IMG/VR virus record: IMGVR_UViG_3300032157_000003
DNA length: 64,000 bases
From: a virus
Reading direction: 5' to 3' (one strand)
Positions 55,231 to 64,000 of this stretch are shown piece after piece (position 1 is the first letter of the stretch; each line of letters opens with the position of its first letter). A model generated the notes under the pieces. It saw nothing but the letters and a program-made list of their open reading frames with translations, searched no databases and was not told the origin of the DNA. Position numbers and translations under genes: made by a program.

Positions 55231-55713
55231 ATGGCGACTCTTGGCGACTACACCACTACCGAAGCTGTCCGTGGCTGTCTTGGCATTGACGCCAGCGACT
55301 GCCCGGACGCAATGATGGTCGACTCCAACCTCGACCTTGAGTTGGTGCTGGACCTCGATTCCTTCCTGCCGACCCACGCTGCGTTGTATGCCACAGGGAC
55401 AGGCGGTGGTGCGACGGCCCCTCAGAAGGCCGTCTCCAACCGCATCAAGCTGTACTCGCAGTGGTTCTGCGCGCTGGAGATGGCTCGCCGCCCCCTGACC
55501 GTTCCGCAAATCAACACGGACGGCAAGGCGCAGTTCGACCGATTCAAGGTCGATCTGGAACGGTTGGCAGAACTGTGTGCTATCAAGGTGGCGAAGTACC
55601 GGGCCGACCTGCAAGAGCTGGTCAACAACGTGGTCAAGCCGGTTGGCTTGCCGATCTCGTTGGTGAGCGCCGCGCAGCCGACTCAAGACCCAATTACCGA
55701 GGCGATTCAGTAA
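55231..55713 (+). CDS. head-tail adaptor (neck) protein
   Basis: [14 protein letters not shown] start; position. Confidence 0.65.
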   Translation: MATLGDYTTTEAVRGCLGIDASDCPDAMMVDSNLDLELVLDLDSFLPTHAALYATGTGGGATAPQKAVSNRIKLYSQWFCALEMARRPLTVPQINTDGKAQFDRFKVDLERLAELCAIKVAKYRADLQELVNNVVKPVGLPISLVSAAQPTQDPITEAIQ

Positions 55714-55952
55714 TGGATAACCAGCACAAGAAGATCAGCGGCTACCGCGACCTGAGCCAAGAAGAGATCGACGGCATGAACTCGATCAAGGCTCTGGAGG
55801 CGGAGTTGGGCGCGCTGTTCCTGAAGCTCTGCGAAGTGGAAGGTGTCGATCACCGTCACATGGCGCTGGCTCGCACCAACCTGCAACAGGGCTTCATGTG
55901 GTTCGTCCGCGCCATCGCCAAACCTGTCGATCCGTTCGCCTCGGGGAAGTAA
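55713..55952 (+). CDS. acb2: anti-CBASS cyclic-nucleotide sponge Acb2
   Basis: [26 protein letters not shown]...[24 protein letters not shown]; Y11 and K26 in register with Acb2 as recalled. Confidence 0.9.
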   Translation: MDNQHKKISGYRDLSQEEIDGMNSIKALEAELGALFLKLCEVEGVDHRHMALARTNLQQGFMWFVRAIAKPVDPFASGK

Positions 55953-55953
55953 A

Positions 55954-56550
55954 ATGGCCGACCTGTCCCGCAGTATCGGAGCCTTCTCCAAGACCCCCAT
56001 CCTTGGGTGGAACGGCTCTGTGTGGGTGGACACCGGACTGACCGGCAAGATGCAGGTCTACGACCGATTCATCACCGAGCGGGACTTCGGCCAGCGCAAG
56101 CGCATCTTGACCTTGGCCGGAGATCGGACCGTCGCACCACCCTACGGCGTGCTCCGCCTGCTGGGTGCCAGCACGATCTACCTGCTGGAAAGCATCATCG
56201 AGGACGTGGATGCCTCCAACCTGTACGCCACGACTTGGGCGCTGCACGAAGCGGCCTACCCTGTGCAACTTTGCAAGATGGCTACAGAGAGCACCCGTTC
56301 CGGTGTGAAAGTGAAGACCAGTGAGCAGGTAGTGGAGACGACTTGGGTCGACATCACCCGGTACTCGGCGGTGGACTCCAAGGAGTTTTCCAACACGGAC
56401 TACACCATCTACACCGCGTATTTCGCCAAGGGCATCGCACCTGACACCGACATGTATCTGCGTCGGCTGGACAACGGTGAAGTGCTCGACATCAACGAGG
56501 TGTTCCAGGCTCTGGAACTCCCTGCTGCAAGGTGCCTGCGCCGTGGCTGA
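55954..56550 (+). CDS. head-closure/neck protein
   Basis: 198 aa; position. Confidence 0.6.
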   Translation: MADLSRSIGAFSKTPILGWNGSVWVDTGLTGKMQVYDRFITERDFGQRKRILTLAGDRTVAPPYGVLRLLGASTIYLLESIIEDVDASNLYATTWALHEAAYPVQLCKMATESTRSGVKVKTSEQVVETTWVDITRYSAVDSKEFSNTDYTIYTAYFAKGIAPDTDMYLRRLDNGEVLDINEVFQALELPAARCLRRG

Positions 56551-57019
56551 TGACTTCGCACTCCAGTTCAAGAGCACCATCGACAAGCTCATTGCTGACC
56601 GGGTTGAAATCCTGCGGGACTCCTACCCGACCCTGCAATGGGCCGAAGTCGATGACATGGCGCAGACCGACGAGGTGTTCAAGTCGGAAGAGCCGGCGAT
56701 CATCTGGCAGTTTGCGACCATGGAGCCCTACCCACGCTCGCCCCTGTACCGGGTCGAGTTCATGGTGGGCGTGAAGACCACGCTGGACCCAGGCAACTAC
56801 CTGCTGATCCGGTTGCTGGGTGAAATCCGCAACGTGTTCGACGCAGGCAAGACCCTGTACATCAGGGACTACACCATGCTGGAAGACGACCCGGCAGACG
56901 CCACCGACAAGGGCTACGTCCTGATCGGCAGCAACGAAGTCGCGCCGCAGCAGTTCGACCGGCAATCCGGCATCCGCTACGCTGGGATTGTCGGCAAGGC
57001 GGTGCGCTATGGCGGCTAA
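56543..57019 (+). CDS. tail terminator/completion-like protein
   Basis: GTG start; position. Confidence 0.55.
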   Translation: MADDFALQFKSTIDKLIADRVEILRDSYPTLQWAEVDDMAQTDEVFKSEEPAIIWQFATMEPYPRSPLYRVEFMVGVKTTLDPGNYLLIRLLGEIRNVFDAGKTLYIRDYTMLEDDPADATDKGYVLIGSNEVAPQQFDRQSGIRYAGIVGKAVRYGG

Positions 57020-57788
57020 GTCCAGCGCCAAGATTGACGAGAACAGTCTACGCTTGGCGCAGGGCAAGATTCTGTTGGCAGTGACGCGGACCAAGGAATA
57101 CGCCGACCGCATCGACGAAGAGGCGGCAACGATTTCCGGGCGGCTGGAGCAGACGACTTCGGCCTACTACGAGAGGGCAATCGACCTCATTGCCGACATG
57201 GCCGAAGCGGGTATGTCTGGTGCCCATGAGGCAATGGGTTCACGGCCTATTGAGACCCCGGAAGGGGCAACGATCAAAGTGCAGTTGAAGGGCAAGAAGC
57301 TCTCCAAGAGCTGGCTCGATGACAAAGAAAGCCGCGCCTACGGCGGAGGGAGACGACGCAAGTTCAAGGACGGGCGCAAGCCGAAACGCGGGGCAAGTTT
57401 CGGTGCTGGCCGCTTCTGGTTGGACGAACGAAAGTTGGGGCCTAAGTTGGCCCTGAACCGGGGACTCGGCACTGTGACCGTGACCTCAAAAATTACGGGA
57501 GGCCGGAGAGTAGATTTCAAGATTACTTTCCGAATCGCCCTAAAAGGACTACCGTCACGTTACTTGGACCTAGCGATTCGTAGGTCGTTGGTTCAGGGAG
57601 CAGGGGGGCCAGATCGCGCTTCGGCTATATTGGAGTTCTCGGACAGTCATGCCACGAAGTCCTCTCGCCCTACGGGCGTCGGACGTGGTTTCTGGCCCGA
57701 GGTCCGTAGGCCAACGATGCGACCCATTGCCCAGAGACTTGGTAGAGCACTGAAGAAGCAACTCTTAAAGATCATCAACAGGAGATAA
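57009..57788 (+). CDS. basic tail-completion/neck protein
   Basis: 259 aa, Arg/Lys-rich; precedes tail tube. Confidence 0.55.
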   Translation: MAAKSSAKIDENSLRLAQGKILLAVTRTKEYADRIDEEAATISGRLEQTTSAYYERAIDLIADMAEAGMSGAHEAMGSRPIETPEGATIKVQLKGKKLSKSWLDDKESRAYGGGRRRKFKDGRKPKRGASFGAGRFWLDERKLGPKLALNRGLGTVTVTSKITGGRRVDFKITFRIALKGLPSRYLDLAIRRSLVQGAGGPDRASAILEFSDSHATKSSRPTGVGRGFWPEVRRPTMRPIAQRLGRALKKQLLKIINRR

Positions 57789-57791
57789 CTC

Positions 57792-58601
57792 ATGGCCCTC
57801 GGCTCTCCACAAACGAACAAATTTCAGATCGGTACTGCCGAACTGCGCGTGGGTCCTATGACCTCCGCGATGAAGCTGCTTCAGACTCACTCCATGGGTC
57901 TGGTGGACAGCGTGACGATCACTATCGGTCAGGAATCCGTCGACCTCGAAGGCATGTTCCCGAAACAACTGATCGACTCCGCCATCGTGCGTCAGTCGGC
58001 AGAAGTTTCGGCGGTTCTGCGCGAATACTCGCGTCGTAACCTGAAGATCGCCATCGGTGAAGGCGTATCCACTGCCACCACCGACGTGGCGACCACCATC
58101 GCCTCTCCAGGCACTGCCGGTCAGACGGCGATCACCGTAGCCGCTGCTCAGGGCGCCAACTTCACTGTTGGTGACTTGGTTGTGACCTACAAGACCGCCG
58201 CTCCTGAGAACGTGCAGATTCTGCGCGTGCAGAGTATCGCCACCGATACCCTGACTCTGGATACCGACACTCCGCTGCTGTTCGACATCGCTTCGTCTGA
58301 CCCGATCTTCATCGCCAAGCAAGTGGCAATCGGTGCGGTAACGAAGACCAACTACATGGCCGCAATGGTCGTGCAGAAGGAAAACACCACTGGTCGTCCA
58401 ATCGTCTGGAACTTCTGGAAAGCGTCTGTCTCGGGCAACCTCGACTACGCCACCAACTCCGACGACTTCGCCTCGACTACCGCTACCCTGAAAGCGCTCG
58501 CGCCTTCGGCTGCGGAGTACGGCGTTGGTCAACCGCTGGCTCACCTGTCGGACATCATCCCGACTCACCCTGTAGGTTTCTTCGCCCTCGGCGGCAGCTA
58601 A
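57792..58601 (+). CDS. major tail (tube) protein
   Basis: FQIGTAELRVG...; highly-expressed codon bias; followed by a terminator; no sheath gene nearby. Confidence 0.8.
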   Translation: MALGSPQTNKFQIGTAELRVGPMTSAMKLLQTHSMGLVDSVTITIGQESVDLEGMFPKQLIDSAIVRQSAEVSAVLREYSRRNLKIAIGEGVSTATTDVATTIASPGTAGQTAITVAAAQGANFTVGDLVVTYKTAAPENVQILRVQSIATDTLTLDTDTPLLFDIASSDPIFIAKQVAIGAVTKTNYMAAMVVQKENTTGRPIVWNFWKASVSGNLDYATNSDDFASTTATLKALAPSAAEYGVGQPLAHLSDIIPTHPVGFFALGGS

Positions 58602-58618
58602 TCTATAGGCGGTACCGC

Positions 58619-58647
58619 AAAGCCGGCCTAGTGCCGGCTTTGTTTTG
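58619..58647 (+). terminator. intrinsic terminator
   Basis: AAAGCCGGC-CTAGT-GCCGGCTTTGTTTT. Confidence 0.8.
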
Positions 58648-58692
58648 CCTGTTCGCAAAGCACTTTGCGAGATTTTCAGCCTTGGAGCCCCT

Positions 58693-59250
58693 ATGGCCAG
58701 CCTATTCCGCCGCCACCCAGCTACCCGCATCACCTCCCTGTTCCGAGAGGTGTTCTCTGAAATCGCCATCAGCAGCCCTGACGTCACCCTCGACGTATCC
58801 ATCACCGCTGCTGCCCAAGCCACCGGCATGAAGGACTGCAACGTCGAGGCCATCGCTGAGCGCCTGCTGGGCTTGGCCGAGAAGGCGCAGGCCGACAGGG
58901 AAAAGAAGAAGCCGTCAGGGCCGCGCAAGGAAGGCAGCGGGTTCGGCTCCGGGTTCCACAAGTGGGTGGGTGGGCTGGACACGGACAAGCTGTGCTTGTG
59001 GCTGGCGGACTACGACTACGAGAAGGCTGAGTGGCTGTTTCGCAACGTAGACATCGACGACCTGCCAATCATGGCTACTATGAAAACGGAGCAAACCTGG
59101 CAGGGGATGCGGACTCAATTCGAGGCCTGCGTCATCGGTTTCGGCGGTAAGCTCGAAGGTCAGTCTGATGCGACTGTATACGAGGTGGATATGAACGATA
59201 CTAAGTCCATCGACGATATGGTCAGCCGAATGAAAGCTCTGGGGTTCTGA
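58693..59250 (+). CDS. tail assembly chaperone
   Basis: Between tail tube and tape measure; RBS GGAG. Confidence 0.65.
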   Translation: MASLFRRHPATRITSLFREVFSEIAISSPDVTLDVSITAAAQATGMKDCNVEAIAERLLGLAEKAQADREKKKPSGPRKEGSGFGSGFHKWVGGLDTDKLCLWLADYDYEKAEWLFRNVDIDDLPIMATMKTEQTWQGMRTQFEACVIGFGGKLEGQSDATVYEVDMNDTKSIDDMVSRMKALGF

Positions 59251-59251
59251 C

Positions 59252-62200
59252 ATGGCAAATGAGAAAGGCGGTACCGGCAACATCATCATTGATGTCCTCC
59301 TGCGGGCCGGTTTGCAGCTCGATGAAAAGGACGCCAAGGCCTTAGAGGCCCGCCTGCGGAACGCCGGGGAGTCGGTGAAGAAAGGCGGCAAAGAGGCCAT
59401 GGAGGACATGGCTGTCCAAGCCAAGGAGCTGGACAAGCTGCTGCGCAACTTCGAGCGTCGTCGCGCCCTGCTGGAGCGTGCCGCTCGCAAGGACTTCAAC
59501 ATCGAGGACCGCAAGCCGGGGGTCAAGAAGGGGCTGGCGAAGGGCTTCTCTGACGCCGCCACCCTCGACCGTGAGCTGGGTGTCCTGCTCAACCGCATGC
59601 GCAACCTTGCCGAAGCCAATGGCGAGCGCTTCTTCAACGAAACGAAGACGATGGCGCTCGCCCGCAAGCAGATCACCACGCTTGCCAGCGCGGCGTCGAA
59701 GAACGTCAACGGCGTGGGCCTGGAGCTGCAAAAGAACCTGCGCAAGGAGCGTGAGAACCGCAAGATCGCTGACAGCGAACTGCGTCGGCAGGCGCTTGCG
59801 CGCAACAACGCCCTGCAAAGCGAGCAACTGAAAAAGGGTAAGCAGATTTTCAAACAAGGTCAGAAGTCTGACTTTGTAGGGATCACCAACAAGCGTGACG
59901 CTCAGGAAGCCCTGCGCTTCGCCAAGGTTCAGGCCAAGTACCTTCAGGACACCGTTGAGCTGATGGTCAAGCGCCCCGGTGGCCTTGACTCGCCTGACAC
60001 AAAGCAAGCCAAACGTAAGTCGTTTGAGGCGGCGTCCTATGTCCAGAAGCTGAGTGATCGCGTCAAGGACTTGGGCGACTCCGAAACCCTCAAGCGCCGC
60101 GACGAGGCTTCTGCCCGCCGCATCGCCAAGGCCGAGGCCACCTACGCCGACAACCGCTCCCAGCGTGGCACCCAGCAGCGCAACGGTATGCAGGCGCTGC
60201 TGGAGGCTGGCGGTGTCTTTGCCGGCAACGCCTCGCGCTTCAACTCGACGGAGAAGTTGAGCAAGGCGATGAAGTTCCTCAACGGGGAACTGACCGACTC
60301 CAACAACCTGTTCAAGGTGCTGCGCAACGAGCTGGGCGAGACCCACCCGCGTGTGCTGCGCCTGTCCAACTCCCTGACCAAAATGAGCGGCCTGAAGGCC
60401 GACATGACCGACCGCGACGGCAAGCTGAGAGGGTTGGACAAGGATGCCAAGCAAGCCGAGACGGAAGCCCAGCGGCAGGCCAAGGATGAGGCGAAGCTGC
60501 GCCAGCACCTCGCCAAGATGGATCGCCGGCAGGACAACGGCACTGCGCCCAAAACCGCGCAGGAACTGATCGACGCGGCCATCCTGAAAGGCCGTGAGGA
60601 CAAGGCTGCCAAGAAGATCAAGGCCGACAAGGCGGTGCTGGATAAGGAGGCCAAGCAGCGCGTCAAGGATCAGGAGGCCGTCCAGAAAGCCCTCGGCAAG
60701 ATGGAGGCGCGGGATGTTGCCGGGACGTCCCCTAAGACCCCGCAGCAGTTGATCGACGACGGCCTTGCGAAAGGTCGTGGGTATTCGTCTGCGCAGGAAG
60801 AAAAAGACAGGAAGGTGGCGCAAGCCAAGGTCGCCAAGGCTGACCGCGCCGCCGCTGACCAGCGCGCCCGCGACCCGGAAGCGTACAAGCTGTTCCTCGA
60901 CGCAGCGGCGAACCCGGCCTCCGTGACCAACGTCAAGGACGCCAACCGCGCCCTGCAAGTCGGCAGCAAAGAGCTGGGTACGATGCGTACCAAGCAGGAA
61001 GCGCTGATCACTGCGACCCAGCAGAACACCAACGAGTACCGCCAGCTCACCGCTGAGATTGAGCGTGCGCAGCGGGCCATGGCCTCCCTGAATGACCGCA
61101 AGGCGGTGCTGGCCGGCGAGGCCAAGAAAGGTGGTGGCGGTGGCGGTGGCTACGTCTCTGCCCGCTCCGGCATCTACTCCACTGGCAGGGAAGCGTTCGA
61201 CGCCAGCGTGGGTCGTGCCGGGGGCCTGGAAGGTCTGCGCGGGGAATCCTTCGATCAGGCCAAGTCCTACGCCAGAGCCAAGCTGCAAGAGTCGAAGCAG
61301 GCGTATGACGCCCTGCACCGCTCCGGCACCGCCACGGCGGATCAGATGCGTGCCGCTGGCGATCAGGTTCTGCACTTCGAGGACGCGCTGCGCCGCCTCG
61401 GCGGTGGCGCGGGTGAAGCCAGCAGCAAGATGGCCTACCTGACGAACGTCTTCAAGATGTTCTTCAAGTACGCGGTCGCCTACCAGTCGCTGTACATGTT
61501 GGCCGAGGCCATGGGCGCCGTTGCGCGGTCGGTGGTCAACCTCCAGACCGACCTGCTCGACATTCAGGCCATCACTGCCTCCACCGGCAGCGACATGGCA
61601 AAGCTGAGTTCGGTGGTGCAGTCGGTTGCGCAGAACAGCAAGTTCTCGCTGGATGAGCTGACCAAGGCCACCAAGACCTTGGCGCAGGCCGGTGTGCCGC
61701 TGACTGAGCTGAACACCACCTTGCAGGCCACGGCCAACTTCGCCGCTGCCACCGGTACCAGCCTTGAAACCGCTGCCGACCTCATGTCGACCATGCGCAG
61801 CGTTTACAAGGAACTGAACGACGATGTGATCGCCAACCAACTGGCGAAAGCGATCAACATCTCCAAGCTGACGGGTGAAGGTCTGCGGACCATCATGTCG
61901 CTGGGCGCTCAGACCGCGAAAGACTTCAGCATCTCGTCTGAGCAATTCCTGGGCGCTGTGGCGAGCCTGCGTAACGCCGGCTTGAAGGACTCCACGGCGG
62001 CTACCGGCTTGCGTCAGGCAATGCTGGAAGTGTTCACCCCTGACAACACGCTGGTGCAGGCGCTGAAGACTCGCTACCAAGAAATTGGCGAGACGATCAG
62101 CTCAGAAGCCGTGCGTCAGCGCTTCTTCTCGTTCACTCAGGCCAACAACCCGCTGCTGGCGGCGATGACCGAACTCAAGCGTCTGGGCTTCAGCGATGAA

Positions 62201-64000
62201 GGCCAGATGGTGCTGACCCGCGCCTTTGACGTTCGTTCGTCCAACGCCATCCGGGCGATGATTGCCAACCTCGGAGAGCTGTCGCAGTTCGAGGGTGAGA
62301 TTACTTTCGGGCGTGCCGCTGCTGAAGGCGCTCGCGTCACCATTGAAGGCCTGAACGCGAGCTGGACCCGTCTGGTTTCGACCATCAACAGCTACGCCTA
62401 CAACCGCAGCGAAGGCATCCTCGGCTTCCTGTCGGAAGCGATTCAGGGCCTCGACAAAGCCATCCAGCGTTGGGAGCAGTGGGAGAACCTGAAGAACGCG
62501 GGTGCCGGCCTGCGTGGCGAGGAAGCCGAGGCTCGTCGGCAGGCCGGTCTGGACAGCGAGGGTCGTGAAGACCGGCGCACAGCCGGCCAGAAGTTCTTTG
62601 ACAGCACCGTCGATGCCATCACCTTCAAGGGTGCGCAAGACGACTTCCTGCGGGTCAGGGACATCATCGACCCTGCTGGCGCTGAGCTGCGCAATATCCG
62701 CAAGAACATCTCCGGCACCACCAACGAGATGAACAACTCGGAACGGGTTCGCGACTCCTACAACAAGGAAGCCGACCAGTTCGACATCAACCGGGCACGT
62801 GCAGGTGAAGGTCCGGGTACCGGTGCTGACCAGATCGTCAAAGCGGCGGCGATTGCGGACCAATACACCGCAATGGTCACCAAGGCGTTCGGCCCAGAGA
62901 TGGCGGCGCAAGACGAAGCCATGCAGACGCTGCTGGACAGCTACGTCAACCTGACCCAGAGCCAGCGCAAGGTCCGTGAGCAGGAGCTGCGCGGCCAGTT
63001 CGACACCCTTTCGGTCCTGAAGCCGGAAGAGTTCGACCGTGCGATTACCGATATGGCCAGCGCGGGCAACCAGATGCAGGGCAAGCTCGGGGCCATGGTC
63101 AAGGGCATGAACAAGGCCATTGGCGATGCCAGCGTCGTCTTCACCCAGATGGATGGCGCCCCTGCGCAGAATGCTAACGAGTTCAAGGCACAGACCCTGC
63201 TCTCGCTGCACAAGGCCAACAGTGCGCTGCAACGTGTGCTGGAAGGCACCTCGACCCTTGCTGCTGAAGAGCAGATCAAGATCGTTGAGGCGTTCGGCCA
63301 AGAAGCGGCCACCCAAATCCGTGACGGCGGCGGCAAGCTCTCGCAGAAGACGCTGGTCACTCAGCTTGTACTCAACCTGTCGAACCGCGCCAAGGAACTG
63401 AACCGTACTGCCACCCTTGGCGGCGGCGGGGTCGAGTTCCAGGCGGAGGTGAGCAAGGTAATCACGGCGCAGCAGGACAGCGCCCAAGCCACGCTCGACT
63501 ACCTGGAAGTCCTGCGCACGACGATGCTGGAAGTCTCCCGCGTCATGGGCGGCAACGGCTCGGTCTTTTTCACGGACGGCATCACTCAGGTTGAGAACGC
63601 CATCAAGGCGACGAAGCCGAAGGTCCTGAAGGAAACCGCCGACCGGGTGGCTGGGTTCAACGAGAAGATTCTGCCAACCCTCAAGGACCCGAGCTACAAG
63701 AGGTCCGTCGAGGCCCTGCCAGAGACGGACCCGACCCGTGACCCGCTGCTGGGCATGATCGCCAACCCGCCTTCGGTGGACGAAGCGCGTGGCAACAGCA
63801 AGCCGTACCAGATGCTGGCGAAGAGCACCAAGGGCTTCCAAGACCGCGAGGCTAAGCAGGCTGCTCTCGAAGTCAAGGTAGATGAGACGACCGCCGCACG
63901 CCTGCGGCTGGAAAACCTCAAGGGCGAGGCTGCTACCAAAGCCGCTGAGTTTTCGTCGCGCAACCAGTTCCCTGAAGCTCGTGCCAACAAAGCCGCCGAA
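59252..64000 (+). CDS. tape measure protein (partial; >1580 aa)
   Basis: Hand-read open frame from MANEKGG; helical Ala/Lys/Arg/Glu-rich; TP901-like core (LLDIQAITASTG...ELTKATKTLAQAG) near 61.5-62.3 kb. Confidence 0.88.
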   Translation, partial: MANEKGGTGNIIIDVLLRAGLQLDEKDAKALEARLRNAGESVKKGGKEAMEDMAVQAKELDKLLRNFERRRALLERAARKDFNIEDRKPGVKKGLAKGFSDAATLDRELGVLLNRMRNLAEANGERFFNETKTMALARKQITTLASAASKNVNGVGLELQKNLRKERENRKIADSELRRQALARNNALQSEQLKKGKQIFKQGQKSDFVGITNKRDAQEALRFAKVQAKYLQDTVELMVKRPGGLDSPDTKQAKRKSFEAASYVQKLSDRVKDLGDSETLKRRDEASARRIAKAEATYADNRSQRGTQQRNGMQALLEAGGVFAGNASRFNSTEKLSKAMKFLNGELTDSNNLFKVLRNELGETHPRVLRLSNSLTKMSGLKADMTDRDGKLRGLDKDAKQAETEAQRQAKDEAKLRQHLAKMDRRQDNGTAPKTAQELIDAAILKGREDKAAKKIKADKAVLDKEAKQRVKDQEAVQKALGKMEARDVAGTSPKTPQQLIDDGLAKGRGYSSAQEEKDRKVAQAKVAKADRAAADQRARDPEAYKLFLDAAANPASVTNVKDANRALQVGSKELGTMRTKQEALITATQQNTNEYRQLTAEIERAQRAMASLNDRKAVLAGEAKKGGGGGGGYVSARSGIYSTGREAFDASVGRAGGLEGLRGESFDQAKSYARAKLQESKQAYDALHRSGTATADQMRAAGDQVLHFEDALRRLGGGAGEASSKMAYLTNVFKMFFKYAVAYQSLYMLAEAMGAVARSVVNLQTDLLDIQAITASTGSDMAKLSSVVQSVAQNSKFSLDELTKATKTLAQAGVPLTELNTTLQATANFAAATGTSLETAADLMSTMRSVYKELNDDVIANQLAKAINISKLTGEGLRTIMSLGAQTAKDFSISSEQFLGAVASLRNAGLKDSTAATGLRQAMLEVFTPDNTLVQALKTRYQEIGETISSEAVRQRFFSFTQANNPLLAAMTELKRLGFSDEGQMVLTRAFDVRSSNAIRAMIANLGELSQFEGEITFGRAAAEGARVTIEGLNASWTRLVSTINSYAYNRSEGILGFLSEAIQGLDKAIQRWEQWENLKNAGAGLRGEEAEARRQAGLDSEGREDRRTAGQKFFDSTVDAITFKGAQDDFLRVRDIIDPAGAELRNIRKNISGTTNEMNNSERVRDSYNKEADQFDINRARAGEGPGTGADQIVKAAAIADQYTAMVTKAFGPEMAAQDEAMQTLLDSYVNLTQSQRKVREQELRGQFDTLSVLKPEEFDRAITDMASAGNQMQGKLGAMVKGMNKAIGDASVVFTQMDGAPAQNANEFKAQTLLSLHKANSALQRVLEGTSTLAAEEQIKIVEAFGQEAATQIRDGGGKLSQKTLVTQLVLNLSNRAKELNRTATLGGGGVEFQAEVSKVITAQQDSAQATLDYLEVLRTTMLEVSRVMGGNGSVFFTDGITQVENAIKATKPKVLKETADRVAGFNEKILPTLKDPSYKRSVEALPETDPTRDPLLGMIANPPSVDEARGNSKPYQMLAKSTKGFQDREAKQAALEVKVDETTAARLRLENLKGEAATKAAEFSSRNQFPEARANKAAE

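Larger units (their letters stand above)
2902..58670. repeat. dispersed palindrome family TCGCAAAG-N1-3-CTTTGCGA (29 copies)
   Basis: Exact copies start at 8127, 10989, 14940, 19963, 21168, 23693, 26062, 28042, 29598, 30435, 31255, 31928, 32379, 32429, 33494, 47793, 54947, 58653. One mismatch: 2902, 7020, 16736, 18175, 33282, 33561, 37656, 45660. Two to three mismatches: 4302, 13467, 35029. Confidence 0.95.

Noticed and set aside
53677-55686. 669-aa minus-strand ORF
   Set aside because: Antisense to capsid and neck genes.
58898-58904. GGGAAAA as a tail-chaperone -1 frameshift site
   Set aside because: Out of register with the reading frame (AGG GAA AAG), and the zero frame already runs to the tape measure start.
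59342-63841. 912-aa and 579-aa minus-strand ORFs
   Set aside because: Antisense to the tape measure frame, which is open on the plus strand from 59252.
1-64000. Stop-codon reassignment
   Set aside because: Large conserved genes (primase, terminase, portal, capsid, tape measure) read through intact in the standard code.

Overview
64 kb of a large, GC-rich, siphovirus-like dsDNA phage genome. The host is most likely Pseudomonas; this is inferred from CsrA/RsmA, a PL7 alginate lyase, Acb2 and a SutA-like protein. Layout: (i) 1-32.3 kb, minus strand: a helicase, an AEP primase-helicase and about 60 small early/accessory genes (TerB, HU-like, DUF3310, ArdB/KlcA, HNH-AP2, RadC/JAB, two CapW/BrxR-like wHTH proteins, an MqsA-like Zn finger). 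(ii) 32.3-35.8 kb: two largely non-coding control regions flanking an isolated two-gene unit, with an AT-rich tract and a (GGGCAA)14 repeat. (iii) 35.8-45.4 kb, plus strand: CsrA, alginate lyase, M15 endolysin and a fibre/collagen/BspA-LRR structural module. (iv) A short minus-strand block with a thermonuclease. (v) 47.2-64 kb, plus strand: terminase, portal, S49 protease/scaffold, decoration protein, capsid, Acb2, neck, tail tube, chaperone and a tape measure protein running off the end. The most striking unexplained signal is a dispersed palindrome, TCGCAAAG-N1-3-CTTTGCGA, with 18 exact and 11 near-exact copies both between and inside genes. A second leader motif, CCTTCAYNNAGGA, often accompanies it. 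All family assignments are from motif recognition by eye and memory; no database searches were run. No tRNA, CRISPR array or integrase was seen.
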